Shown here in pieces: positions 8,252 to 17,420 of a stretch of 29,787 bases of DNA (its first letter is position 1; each line of letters opens with the position of its first letter). A model generated the notes under the pieces. It saw nothing but the letters and a program-made list of their open reading frames with translations. It searched no databases and was not told where the DNA came from. The translations under genes were made by a program, and so were the position numbers. Source of the stretch: a virus (taxonomy: Duplodnaviria; Caudoviricetes); IMG/VR virus record IMGVR_UViG_3300048606_000148, positions 1 to 29,787 of that record. The stretch is one strand, 5' to 3'.

Positions 8252-9142
8252 GTGGTGAAGCTATTGCTAATCGCGGCCGCGGTGCTCGTTGCCGGTTGCA
8301 GCGGCCAGGATGGCGCCAGAATCGATTCAGTCGTGCCCCCCGTTGACGGCGCCGCCGACACGACGATCGCGCCAGAGCCGGCCGATGACGCGCCCCCGTC
8401 GCCAGATGCGAGGGTTGATGTCGATGCGTCGGTCGACGTCGCGGCGGATGCGGCGCCCGACACGACGAGCGAACCCACATCGCCCTCTACGGATGCGGTC
8501 GGGGCGGAGCGTGAAGCACCGACCGATTCGGTCACATCCGATGCAACGCCCGATGAGGTCGACGCGACGGATGACGTCGATGCCCATGACGACGCCGACG
8601 TCGAGGATTCGGCCGACATCGATGGGCCGCTAGGGCCGGATGGGCCGACATGCCCCGCGTTGCCGCCGCGCGATGCCGGCCCCACGCCGACCGCGGAGGC
8701 ACGCTGCTGCGGTGGTCTCACGTGTTCCAGCGGCGCATTCAATTGCCCGATGAGCAACTGCGATTGTGCGGGCGTGTTGTTCAGCGAGGACGCCTTCGAC
8801 CCTAGCGGCAATGATCGCTCCGTCTACTTTCTGCTGCCGGAGTCGCCCCGTGGCTGCACGGCGCAACTGCAGATCGCTACCGCGGGAGCGTCCGGGTGTT
8901 TTCGCATCACGACGTCGCCCGGCCGCAACCTAGTACGGCTGCCCCAGACGATGCCTGGGATGCCGCCTGCCCCGTGCTATGTGGGCCGGTTCATCGGGCC
9001 GACACCCGGCAGCGGGAAGGAAGCGGTCGCGGCGCTCGCGGTGGAGCTCATTACGGACGCTGCCGGCCCCATGGGGTGGACGGTCTTCGAATCCGCTCAC
9101 TACTACGGCCCGACCAATAGCTGTCCGCTCGCGTGTCCCTAG
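8252..9142 (+). CDS. Lipoprotein moron with an acidic Asp/Ala-rich linker and Cys-rich C-terminal domain
   Basis: 296 aa with signal peptide and lipobox (LLLIAAAVLVAG-C). Occupies a gap in the minus-strand operon. Stop overlaps the convergent gene's stop (CTAG, 9139-9142). Confidence 0.85.
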   Translation: MVKLLLIAAAVLVAGCSGQDGARIDSVVPPVDGAADTTIAPEPADDAPPSPDARVDVDASVDVAADAAPDTTSEPTSPSTDAVGAEREAPTDSVTSDATPDEVDATDDVDAHDDADVEDSADIDGPLGPDGPTCPALPPRDAGPTPTAEARCCGGLTCSSGAFNCPMSNCDCAGVLFSEDAFDPSGNDRSVYFLLPESPRGCTAQLQIATAGASGCFRITTSPGRNLVRLPQTMPGMPPAPCYVGRFIGPTPGSGKEAVAALAVELITDAAGPMGWTVFESAHYYGPTNSCPLACP

Positions 9143-9468
9143 TCGAGGGGGCACACGAGACCCGGCAGCGACGGCATCGCCGGTATCGCCGGGATCGGCA
9201 GCGACGGCAACGCGAGCGACAAGCCCAGCGACGGGATCCCCGGCAGCGGCAGGCCCGGAACTCCAATGGTTGGCAGCGACGGGAGAGTTGGAATTGCTGG
9301 CACCGGCAGAGCGGGAAGCCCGAGCGCGAGCCCCAAAGTAGGAAGGCCTGGCAGCGGCAGACCCGGGAGCCCTATCGTCGGTAGCGACGGGATGGCCGGC
9401 AACGCCGGCAGCGGCAGGCCCGGCAGCGCGAGCGCGAACGAGAGCGCGGGGAATGCGCAGCGGCTCAT
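9139..9468 (-). CDS. Leu/Pro-repeat small protein
   Basis: 109 aa, ATGA-coupled to the spike gene. About 2.7 copies of a 36-aa repeat with a Cys near each end. Confidence 0.75.
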   Translation of the reverse strand: MSRCAFPALSFALALPGLPLPALPAIPSLPTIGLPGLPLPGLPTLGLALGLPALPVPAIPTLPSLPTIGVPGLPLPGIPSLGLSLALPSLPIPAIPAMPSLPGLVCPLD

Positions 9469-10310
9469 AGCGCCTTGGCCAGTGTGGCGGCGATCGCCGC
9501 CTTGACCGCCGCCGTCGCCGTGAGAAATGTGGCCACGGCAGGCGAAGTCGTTGGGACCGTCGCGCCGGATATCGTGCCGAGTAAGGTTTCGAGAGCTGTG
9601 ATGTAGCCAATGAGCGGGGGCGCGAGCGCCACCGCGACCGCCGCCGTGGGACTGCCGATGCTTGCGCCGCCAGTCACCACCAGGTTGCCGTTGGCCGTGA
9701 CGCCATCGTCGTTCACCTCGACGTAGGCGTTGCCGGCTTTGTTCTTGATGACAATGCTGTTCTTTCCGCCGTGCTTCATCAGCACGGCCATGCCGTCGCC
9801 GTGGACGATCGAGATCGACTCGTTGCCGGCGGTGCCGTCGATCGTGATCGTGTGGGCCTTGGTCGGCACCCCGTTCTGAAACGCGTACGGGACGTAGGTC
9901 GTGCGGACCGAGCTCTTCGGGCGGTGCGGCTCGTCGCTCTCGAACGACGCTTCATTGGCGTCGAAGGCCCCCGCGTACCCGACCCAGGTGATGCTCGCCT
10001 CTTTGGGGGCCGGGAAGAATTCGTTCAGTCGCAGGTCTCGGTAGGCGAAGGGCACGAGGCCATCGCCCGTTCGGATGAATAGCGGCTCCGCGTACTGATC
10101 AACCCCGTCTTTCTTCGTGGGGGGGCGCGGCCGGAAGACGAGGCCGAGCGCCGTATAGTGGTCCTGGTTGGCCGCGGTCTCGCCGGCCTCGTCGCCGTCG
10201 CCACCGGAGGCGTCACCGGCCGAGCCAACGATGTTGAGCAGCACGGCCTTGGTGCGCGTGGAAACGCTCGACGCGATGATCTTCCCGAAGCCGATCAGGT
10301 AGTCCAGCAT
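9465..10310 (-). CDS. Baseplate central spike (Mu gp45 / P2 gpV-like)
   Basis: 281 aa after the hub. N-terminal OB-like region (YTALGLVFRP...RDLR) followed by beta-strand repeats (ISIVHGDG, IVIKNKAG, VEVNDDG). Confidence 0.75.
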   Translation of the reverse strand: MLDYLIGFGKIIASSVSTRTKAVLLNIVGSAGDASGGDGDEAGETAANQDHYTALGLVFRPRPPTKKDGVDQYAEPLFIRTGDGLVPFAYRDLRLNEFFPAPKEASITWVGYAGAFDANEASFESDEPHRPKSSVRTTYVPYAFQNGVPTKAHTITIDGTAGNESISIVHGDGMAVLMKHGGKNSIVIKNKAGNAYVEVNDDGVTANGNLVVTGGASIGSPTAAVAVALAPPLIGYITALETLLGTISGATVPTTSPAVATFLTATAAVKAAIAATLAKAL

Positions 10311-11462
10311 TCAGATTCTCCAGAGCCCTTTGCGAACGAGCGACAGGTCTGCGGTGGCGCCGTTCTCCGCATCGAGCCGCAGCCGTGTTCGGTGAACGAG
10401 GTACGACCCGACAGACCCGCCGGCGGTGTCGATGTCGACGTCCGCGCACGTGTCGATCCCGTAGGGGATCCGGCTCTCGCGGTCCCGATAGGTCCACCCG
10501 TCGATGCCGATCTCCCATGAGTCGAGCCGCTTGGAGCGGGCCGCTACCTCGCGCTGCGCTCGACCTTCGGCCTGGTCGCCCGTGCGCAGTCCCTCGTCGA
10601 CGATGATGACCGGCCGATAGAGCCGCGCTTGCGCGACCTCCGGGATCTCCAGCCTGCGCGCGATCTTCGTCTTCGCGAAGTCCGTCTTGCCGCCGATGCC
10701 GAAGACACTGAGCAGCGACGGCGCGTCGGAAAGGTCGCGGACGCGCTGGGCCTTCAGGACGTTGTTGAATCGCCCGTTGGCCCCCGTCTTCAGCCGGAAG
10801 AAGTAGATGGGCGACTGCGTGTCATCCGGTGCGCCGACGACGATCTTCCCGTCGGGCGAGTCCCAATGCGTCATGTGAAACCGAAGCAGGTGCCGCTCGA
10901 CGAATTCGAAGACCGTCTCTGGCGGGCTGACCTTCGCCTGCTCGAGCTTGATGGCCTCGAGGTCCGGCGTCTGGGCACGTGTCCACTTCGAAGACCGCCC
11001 CGTCATGAGGTCGCGGCTCACGTCCGTTTTGAAAACGAAGTCGCGCTCGAAGTAGCCGAGCGGGGCATAGGCCCGGAGGACCAGCTGCTTGAGCGTCGCC
11101 CCCTGGATGGCGATCTTCGGATTGGCGCTCGCATAGGCGGCATCGGCGAGTTTGGTCCGGATGACGAACCGCACCGTGGCCCCGCCCTGCGCGTCGGTCG
11201 GCACGTCGTGCGCCTCGACGCGCCCCGTCAGGCGAAGCCGGTCGTTGACCAGCACCCGGAACAAACTTCCGAACGCGATGATCTTCTCGAAGGATCGGAA
11301 GGTCCCATCGTCCCCGCATTCGAAGGCGGCCTCGGCCGGCGCCGTGAGGTCGTTGGTCAGCTCGAGCGACGTGAAGCGGTCGAAGACGGCTGCGCTTGGA
11401 AAGTCGGTGCCGCTCGACGTCACGGCCTCGACGCTGATGCGGTCAATCGCCCTATTGGGCAT
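10311..11462 (-). CDS. Baseplate hub protein (Mu gpP/gp44-like)
   Basis: 383 aa. LTAPAEAAF...VLVNDRLRLTGRVE and PPETVFEFVER...WDSPDGKIVVG patterns, in the expected position. Confidence 0.85.
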   Translation of the reverse strand: MPNRAIDRISVEAVTSSGTDFPSAAVFDRFTSLELTNDLTAPAEAAFECGDDGTFRSFEKIIAFGSLFRVLVNDRLRLTGRVEAHDVPTDAQGGATVRFVIRTKLADAAYASANPKIAIQGATLKQLVLRAYAPLGYFERDFVFKTDVSRDLMTGRSSKWTRAQTPDLEAIKLEQAKVSPPETVFEFVERHLLRFHMTHWDSPDGKIVVGAPDDTQSPIYFFRLKTGANGRFNNVLKAQRVRDLSDAPSLLSVFGIGGKTDFAKTKIARRLEIPEVAQARLYRPVIIVDEGLRTGDQAEGRAQREVAARSKRLDSWEIGIDGWTYRDRESRIPYGIDTCADVDIDTAGGSVGSYLVHRTRLRLDAENGATADLSLVRKGLWRI

Positions 11463-12450
11463 TGGGCCCCAAGGCCTCGAATACCCGCACCGGCACCCCG
11501 ACTTCGATCGCCAGGAAGTCCTCGATCCGATTGTTGAGCGCCATCAGCTGTGAGGGGTCCTGCCCGAGCTCGACCGCGATATCGAAGATCGACACCGTGT
11601 GGGTCGTGATGATGTTCACGATCCGCGGCAGCGACGACGTCTTCTCGTCGACGGCCGTGGCGGCGCGGTCTCTCAGGATCACCGCCTGCCGGTACGCCGC
11701 GTGAGACTCGGGATCGTTCAGCCGGTCGCGGCCGAACTGCTCGGTCACGGTGAACTGCTTGACGACGTTGTCGACGATGCGGATGAACCGCGCGGCCTTC
11801 TGGTCGACGTCCTGCACGAGCTCCCCGGGGGCAGCGATGGCGTCCTGCAGCTGGTCGGCGGCGGTTTCGAGCTGTTCAAGGAAGGCCGAGAAACTGCCCT
11901 TCGACTCGAGCGAAAAGTTCGTCTCATCGACGCCGCGGCGAATCGTCGCTCGCACGCTCGGCGCCTCGAAGGAATTGGCGTCGACCTTGTCTTCGTTGTC
12001 CTCGACGAACGTGAACTGCACACGAGCGGTGTCGCGCTCTTCGAAGGACTCCGTGCGCCGGTAGGTCTCGAGCTTGCACCGGATCGGCCCTCGGGTTGGC
12101 AACACCAGCTTCCCCGTCTGGTCGAGGTCGACGGTCGCGAGCATCTGATGGAGCCGCGCCGGGTAGAGAACGTTTCCCTGCTTGAGGTCTGGCTCCTCGA
12201 TGTTGTTGTTCCAGATGGTGTCGACGTCCCAGACGATCTCTTTCGGGCCGGTCGAATCGAGCTTCGCCCCTTTGCGGTAGGGGCGCTGGCGCCGAACCAC
12301 CCGTAGCCCGCCCGATTCGCCGATCGTCAGAACCGGGAATCGGATCTCGTCGCCCTGGACGGTCCAGCTGGCGACGGCACATCGCGCATAGATCTCCGGC
12401 TCCTCTTCGATCGGCGGCTGACCCTTGGCGTTTTTGCTGTCGAACGGCAT
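11452..12450 (-). CDS. Mu gpN-like (DNA circularisation/tube initiator) protein with a C-terminal LysM-like motif
   Basis: 332 aa. RVVRRQRPYRKGAKLDSTG and GKLVLPTRG motifs; C-terminus SIFDIAVELGQDPSQLMALNNRIED. Confidence 0.85.
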   Translation of the reverse strand: MPFDSKNAKGQPPIEEEPEIYARCAVASWTVQGDEIRFPVLTIGESGGLRVVRRQRPYRKGAKLDSTGPKEIVWDVDTIWNNNIEEPDLKQGNVLYPARLHQMLATVDLDQTGKLVLPTRGPIRCKLETYRRTESFEERDTARVQFTFVEDNEDKVDANSFEAPSVRATIRRGVDETNFSLESKGSFSAFLEQLETAADQLQDAIAAPGELVQDVDQKAARFIRIVDNVVKQFTVTEQFGRDRLNDPESHAAYRQAVILRDRAATAVDEKTSSLPRIVNIITTHTVSIFDIAVELGQDPSQLMALNNRIEDFLAIEVGVPVRVFEALGPNAQ

Positions 12451-12457
12451 TGCGGCC

Positions 12458-14458
12458 CTATCCTCTCGGCATGTAGCCGGGGCGCGCAGGTGACACCGGC
12501 ATGGGGCCGCGCGGCGGCGGGCCCGACGTGACGGCGTTGCCGGCGGCCGACGGCGCGAGGCCGTTGGCAGCGCGCGCGAACTTGTCCGCCGCGTCCGCCA
12601 TCTTGTCGATCGATGCCGCCGCCTTGTCGGACGCCGGCGTGATCTTGCTCTGCAGCGCGGCCTCGCTGGCCCGCAGCTGCTCCTCGCCCTTCGTGATGTC
12701 GCCCTCGCTGGCGGTGCCGAGGCGCCGGAGCCCTAGCGTCGCGACGTCCTTCCAACTGAACTCGCGATCTTGCTTGGCCGTGTCGAGCGACCCGCGAAGC
12801 GCGGCGATCGACTGCTCCGCCCCTTCCTTCGAAAACTTCCCCGTGGTGTTGAGACCAGCGGTGAGCGTTGCGGTCTCGAGCGAAACGGCCTTGCCGCGGC
12901 TCTCGTTCACGACCGGATCCACGAGCTTGTCGGCAATGACGGTGCCGAGCTCAAACCCGGCGAACGCAGCCGACGCTACGGCGGCGGCGGAGGCCAGCGC
13001 CCCCAACGACTTCGCCGCCAACCCGGGGGCGTCACCCGTGGCGGCGAAGCTAGGGGAGATGGCCTTCGTTCCCTGGCCGAGACCGGCCAGCAGGGCCTTG
13101 CCCATCGATGGCGCCGCCGCCTGCAGCGCGCCGCTGAGGAAGGGGGCGCCGAGCTTCATGCCGAGCACGATGCCGGCCGCCGTCTTCGGGTTGTCGAGCA
13201 CGAACGTCACCAGCTTCGACATCTTGTCGGCGAGTTCGGGCAACTGGTCCGCGAGTTTGCCGATCGCCTCCACCATCTTCGGCTTGGTGAACGACTGCTC
13301 GAGGCGCTCGAGCGCGACCGCGAGCTTGGCCTGCGGATCCTCCATCCGCTTCGCCGCCTCCTTGGATAGGTCCGCCGCGGTGAGCTGCGACTTCCCCGCT
13401 TCCTTCAGCGTCGTCTGGTAGGCGGCGAGCGCTGCGGCGGTCTTCTGTTTGACGGTTCCGGTCGTCGCCTCGAAGGTCTCGCGGTACACCTTGCCGAGCT
13501 CGACGACGAGCTTCAGCTGTTCGCCCGTGAAGGCCTTGGCGAGCGACTCGCGCTTGCCGCCGGTCTTCTTGAAGATCTCCCCCATGACGGTGTTGAAGTC
13601 GCGCGCCTCCCCCTTGGCGTCCTTCACCGCCACGCCGAACGACTCTTGGATCTTTTTCACCTGCTCGGGCGTGCCGAAGCTATCGAGTAGCCCTGTCACC
13701 GCCGTCAGGCTTTTCTTGAAAGACCCCATGGCGTTGTCGGCCTGGTTCGCCATCCCGACGATCGTCTGAAACCCCTCCTGCCCGGAGAGCCCGGCGGCCT
13801 TCGCCGAAGCGCCGAGGACGCCGAGCTTCTCGCCCATCTGCGCGACGGTGATCCCGCCCTTGTTGCCGAGGGAGATCGCCGCCGCCATCGCCTCCGGCAT
13901 CGCATCCGCGGTGACGTCGAACTTTTCCGCGAGGGTGCCGACGATGGAGCTCAGGGTCTCGATGCTCTCGCCCGTCGCGCGCGCGCCGAGCGCCACGTTC
14001 TCCATCCCGGCTTCCGCGGCCGCCACATCGCCGAGGTCCTCGAAGAGCGCCCGGTACGCGGCCCCGAGTTCATTGGTGCGCTGCCCCCATTGCAGGGCCG
14101 TGACCTGCGCGTCCTTCTGAAGGGTCTGCCACCCCACCATCTCGCCGGTACCGGACTTGATGGCGAACGAGAGATCCTTGAACTGCTTCTGCGATTCGGT
14201 CGCGCCCTTGAGAGCGTTGCCGAAAGAGAACGCGCCGCCGAGCGTGAGCCCGAACTTCGCCAGGTCCTTCACCTGCGAGGCGGTGTCGCGGAGCTCCTTG
14301 CCGACGGCCTTCAGGCCAGCGATCGTCGGCTCCTTGAGGGCGCGACCCCACTGCTTGCCGTAGTCGACCGTCTGGCGCGACGCATCCTTCAGCGCGGAGA
14401 GGTACCCGGCTGGCTTGAGCTTGATCGAAACCGACGCTTCGCGATCGTTACCGGCCAC
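12458..14458 (-). CDS. Tail tape measure protein
   Basis: 666 aa, Ala/Lys/Gly-rich and helical, after the tube and chaperone genes. Confidence 0.92.
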   Translation of the reverse strand: MAGNDREASVSIKLKPAGYLSALKDASRQTVDYGKQWGRALKEPTIAGLKAVGKELRDTASQVKDLAKFGLTLGGAFSFGNALKGATESQKQFKDLSFAIKSGTGEMVGWQTLQKDAQVTALQWGQRTNELGAAYRALFEDLGDVAAAEAGMENVALGARATGESIETLSSIVGTLAEKFDVTADAMPEAMAAAISLGNKGGITVAQMGEKLGVLGASAKAAGLSGQEGFQTIVGMANQADNAMGSFKKSLTAVTGLLDSFGTPEQVKKIQESFGVAVKDAKGEARDFNTVMGEIFKKTGGKRESLAKAFTGEQLKLVVELGKVYRETFEATTGTVKQKTAAALAAYQTTLKEAGKSQLTAADLSKEAAKRMEDPQAKLAVALERLEQSFTKPKMVEAIGKLADQLPELADKMSKLVTFVLDNPKTAAGIVLGMKLGAPFLSGALQAAAPSMGKALLAGLGQGTKAISPSFAATGDAPGLAAKSLGALASAAAVASAAFAGFELGTVIADKLVDPVVNESRGKAVSLETATLTAGLNTTGKFSKEGAEQSIAALRGSLDTAKQDREFSWKDVATLGLRRLGTASEGDITKGEEQLRASEAALQSKITPASDKAAASIDKMADAADKFARAANGLAPSAAGNAVTSGPPPRGPMPVSPARPGYMPRG

Positions 14459-14503
14459 CTGGGTCTCCCTTCCCGGTGACGATCGCCCTAAAACGCTCGG
14501 GCG

Positions 14504-15112
14504 TCAGGACCTGGGCGTCGATGAGTCGATAGATTCCAAGAAGGACTTGCACATCGGTGAGAGCAAAGCTTGCCTGGCCATGAAGACGATACAGCTCTGC
14601 TGAAAGCGCGACACGAGCCCGGCTAAAGGGAGGGGGTTACCCGCCTTCGCCACCGCTCCAATGGCGGCCCACATCGTGGCCTCGTCCGTGATGTCGAGCC
14701 GCGGGTCCTGACGCTCCTCGTAGACCTGGTAGCGCTCCCATAGCTCATCAAGCGCCGAGAGATCGTAGCTCGACTCGAGCATCTCGGCGGTGGCGTGCTG
14801 GTCGTGCGGCGGCTTTGGGTCGCGGATGGCGCGGGCCAACTGGTGCAGGCGGTCGAGCACGCCGCACTGGTCGGCGTCGCGGTCGAGATCGAGCCCCTCT
14901 GCGACGGCGCGCTTGCGCGCCTCTACCCGTGCGCGACGACGCTCCGGCTCGCGCAGCACCCTGACCGTGACGGCAATCTCCCGGACCTCCCCACGGCGAT
15001 CGCGCACCCGGATGGTATCTGGAAAGAGGACGCGCTCCTGGTGCTCGAGCGCTTCGAGCTCTTCCCACGTTTTACCGCGGAGCGCCGCCAGGGGGTCGAC
15101 GACCTTCGCCAC
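14504..15112 (-). CDS. Tail assembly chaperone (lambda gpG analogue); -1 frameshifted form ends at 14448
   Basis: 202 aa between tube and tape measure. In-frame slippery heptamer C CCT TTA at 14630-14624, with the -1 frame open to TAA at 14450-14448. Confidence 0.85.
   Translation of the reverse strand: MAKVVDPLAALRGKTWEELEALEHQERVLFPDTIRVRDRRGEVREIAVTVRVLREPERRRARVEARKRAVAEGLDLDRDADQCGVLDRLHQLARAIRDPKPPHDQHATAEMLESSYDLSALDELWERYQVYEERQDPRLDITDEATMWAAIGAVAKAGNPLPLAGLVSRFQQSCIVFMARQALLSPMCKSFLESIDSSTPRS
14624..14630 (-). other. Programmed -1 ribosomal frameshift site (C CCU UUA)
   Basis: X XXY YYZ heptamer correctly phased in the chaperone ORF. Confidence 0.8.
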
Positions 15113-15114
15113 CG

Positions 15115-15489
15115 TCAGGTCTCGGTCTTGCCCATGAACTCGATGGTGCCCTTGATGGCGTCGTCCACCGGGAGCTCCATCCCGCGCCCGTGCACCACGC
15201 CGATGATCGCGAAAGTCTCGCCCGGCACTTTGACACGGACCTTCTTGACCTTCCCGGTCCGGAGCATCGAGTAGTAATCGCGCTCCGCGCCGCCCTCAGG
15301 AGTGACGAACTCCCACGAGGCGTTCGTCTCCAGGTTGCCGAGAACGACGCCGGCGCCCTGCACGCGCAGCGTGTGCTGGATCTTCGTCCCGGCGCGCTTC
15401 TGGTCGACCTTGACGTTGACGACCTGCACGAGGTCGCCGTTGTCCAGCGCGATCGCGCCCCTTGGGAATACCGGCAAGTCTGCGGACAT
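15115..15489 (-). CDS. Tail tube protein
   Basis: 124 aa, beta-rich, directly after the sheath; GGAG SD. Confidence 0.8.
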   Translation of the reverse strand: MSADLPVFPRGAIALDNGDLVQVVNVKVDQKRAGTKIQHTLRVQGAGVVLGNLETNASWEFVTPEGGAERDYYSMLRTGKVKKVRVKVPGETFAIIGVVHGRGMELPVDDAIKGTIEFMGKTET

Positions 15490-15504
15490 GGAGATCTCCT
15501 ACGC

Positions 15505-17022
15505 CTACGCGGCCTTATTGACGACGACGCCGAGCTTCGCGAGCGGCTTGAAGATACCGAGCGGGATCACGATGTCGACCTGGGTCTCGTCGCTGGCATT
15601 GACCTTGACGATAAGCGTCCCTGCGGCGATTGCGGCATCGAGCAGGTCGCGCCGGACGACGCCGAGGCTGGACCAGAAGCGCAGCCGCTGAATCAGCACC
15701 GCCTTGATGTCGCGCTCCTCGACGACCCCCGCCGGCAGCGGCTCGTCGGTCGGCTCGAGATCGCGCGAGACCTTGACCTGGAAGAACTCCACGGGGAGGA
15801 ACGTCTTGATGTCGTTCGCGACCGCGTAGGTCCCATCCGGACCGCTGGTGTCGAGGCATCGGCGATCCGGGTTGCCGCTTGAGTCCTGGCTGTGGGTCGT
15901 GACGGGCCGCACCAGAACGCACTCGTTCTGTGCATTGTAGCTGACGATCGAGAGTCCGGAGCCGAGCGCATCGCCAAGCTCGGATTCCGTCGGCGTGTCG
16001 GCCGTGAGGTCGCGCGCTCCGACAACGCCCGTGATGAGCGTACCGATGCGGTTGGCCGCGGGGTCGAGCGAGACGGCGCGCATCCGCGCCCCCATCTCGG
16101 CTCCCATGAATTCCGCTGGCAGGCTCTGGCCGGCCATGCAGAAGACGCGTTCCATGGCCGGCTCGTTGCCCGCGATGGCGCCCACCTTCGCGGTGGAGAG
16201 CGCGCCGGTCACGCCGACGATGCCCTGCTCGAGCTTGGCGTTCAGCCCCGTGTTGAGCCCGTTGATGTGGGTCTTCAGCCGCCCGGGGTTGCTGGTCGCC
16301 GAGGCGCTTTGCGCGTCGGCGTTAGACACCGCGATCCCGATGTAGTCCCACTGTTGACCCGAGATGGTCGTTAGCGCGGTGGTGAAGTCGGGCTCGGTGG
16401 TGCCGCCGGCGAGGTTCGCCGTTGCGGTCTGGCCGGCGTTGACGGTTCCGCCGGCGCCGTCGATCAACTCGACGACGCAGATGACGTCATTGCCCCACGG
16501 GCCGGGGACCGGGAACGTCAGCGTAAGGACGCCGACACCGCCGGAGCTCGCCGTGACGGGCATATCGTCGCGCCCGTTGACGTAGGTGAGGGCTCGCGCC
16601 TTGAGGATGTCGGCGGTCTCGCTGGCCGCCCATGGGAATTCGGTCGCGCGTCCCGCCGCCGTGACGCGCACGGTCCGCGCGGAGGACGGCGTCGACGCGA
16701 ACGTGAACGACACCGTCGCCGAAGCGCCCGCTGAGGCGGTCGGCGCGCAGCCGTAGAGGATTCCGCTCGGGTTATCGCGGAAGAACTGCACCGCCGCGAG
16801 GTACCCGGGCGTCTTCGTTCCCCAGAAGGTTTTGGCGTCATCGGCGGAACCGACGAGCTTGATCTCGGTGTCGACCGTGAAGGTGCCGGCGCTGCTCCGC
16901 GGCGCCATCTGCATGCCGCGGATCGGCTGGGTGCCGGGGTTGGACGAGCCGGCCAGAAGGTTCACGACGAGGTACAGCCCCGGGACGAGGTTGGTCGGCG
17001 AAACCGCGAGCTGAATTGACAT
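15505..17022 (-). CDS. Tail sheath protein (Mu gpL-like)
   Basis: 505 aa with VPGLYL N-terminus, GPWGND, LAGGTTEPDFTTAL, DPAANR and VRPVTT motifs. Confidence 0.95.
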   Translation of the reverse strand: MSIQLAVSPTNLVPGLYLVVNLLAGSSNPGTQPIRGMQMAPRSSAGTFTVDTEIKLVGSADDAKTFWGTKTPGYLAAVQFFRDNPSGILYGCAPTASAGASATVSFTFASTPSSARTVRVTAAGRATEFPWAASETADILKARALTYVNGRDDMPVTASSGGVGVLTLTFPVPGPWGNDVICVVELIDGAGGTVNAGQTATANLAGGTTEPDFTTALTTISGQQWDYIGIAVSNADAQSASATSNPGRLKTHINGLNTGLNAKLEQGIVGVTGALSTAKVGAIAGNEPAMERVFCMAGQSLPAEFMGAEMGARMRAVSLDPAANRIGTLITGVVGARDLTADTPTESELGDALGSGLSIVSYNAQNECVLVRPVTTHSQDSSGNPDRRCLDTSGPDGTYAVANDIKTFLPVEFFQVKVSRDLEPTDEPLPAGVVEERDIKAVLIQRLRFWSSLGVVRRDLLDAAIAAGTLIVKVNASDETQVDIVIPLGIFKPLAKLGVVVNKAA

Positions 17023-17028
17023 CGCGCG

Positions 17029-17382
17029 CTACTCCTTCTTTTCGGTTGCAAACGAGCCGGCCGGGGCCTTCTGCTGTTTGGCGGCTTCGGCCTTCACCTT
17101 AGCCAAGTCGGTCTCGGTCTGCTGCGCTCGCTTCTCGTTCACGGCCTTGAAGTCGGCCGCCTCGCGCTTCTTGAGAGCCCCGTCCCGTAGCGCCCGGGCA
17201 TACTCGCGCCGGTAGGGGGCCAATTCGTCGGGACTGATCTTGGCGATCTCGTCCTCGTCCCAGGTGACCTTCGAGGGGTCCTTCGGATCGCGCGTCGCGC
17301 CGATGAGAAGACCTGTCCCGAAACGAGTCACAAGGTGGCCCTTCACCGCCGAGACATAGAGATTGGGGTCCGGCTCGCTCAT
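17029..17382 (-). CDS. Small pre-sheath protein (Mu gp38/DUF2635-like)
   Basis: 117 aa with LYVSAVKGHLV...YARALRDGAL, immediately upstream of the sheath. Confidence 0.65.
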   Translation of the reverse strand: MSEPDPNLYVSAVKGHLVTRFGTGLLIGATRDPKDPSKVTWDEDEIAKISPDELAPYRREYARALRDGALKKREAADFKAVNEKRAQQTETDLAKVKAEAAKQQKAPAGSFATEKKE

Positions 17383-17389
17383 GATGGCG

Positions 17390-17420
17390 ACGCTCGCACC
17401 AAGCCCAAAGCCCAGCAGGT
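17390..17420 (-). promoter_or_regulatory. Putative late promoter copy 4 (ACCTG-N20-GAGCGT, 7 nt before ATG 17382)
   Basis: Shares TAACCTGCT with copy 1, heads the sheath/tube unit, no SD. Confidence 0.6.

Noticed and set aside
9139-9468. CRISPR array or DNA tandem repeat
   Set aside because: The repeats are degenerate at DNA level, have no spacers and are explained by a protein repeat
12460-12491. Possible eighth promoter copy (ACCTG-N21-GAGGAT) before the gpN-like gene
   Set aside because: Spacing is off by one and the second box is better explained as the Shine-Dalgarno
4876-17022. Stand-alone contractile injection system, tailocin or T6SS
   Set aside because: Terminase, portal, protease and capsid genes are contiguous with the tail genes, so this is a complete phage virion module
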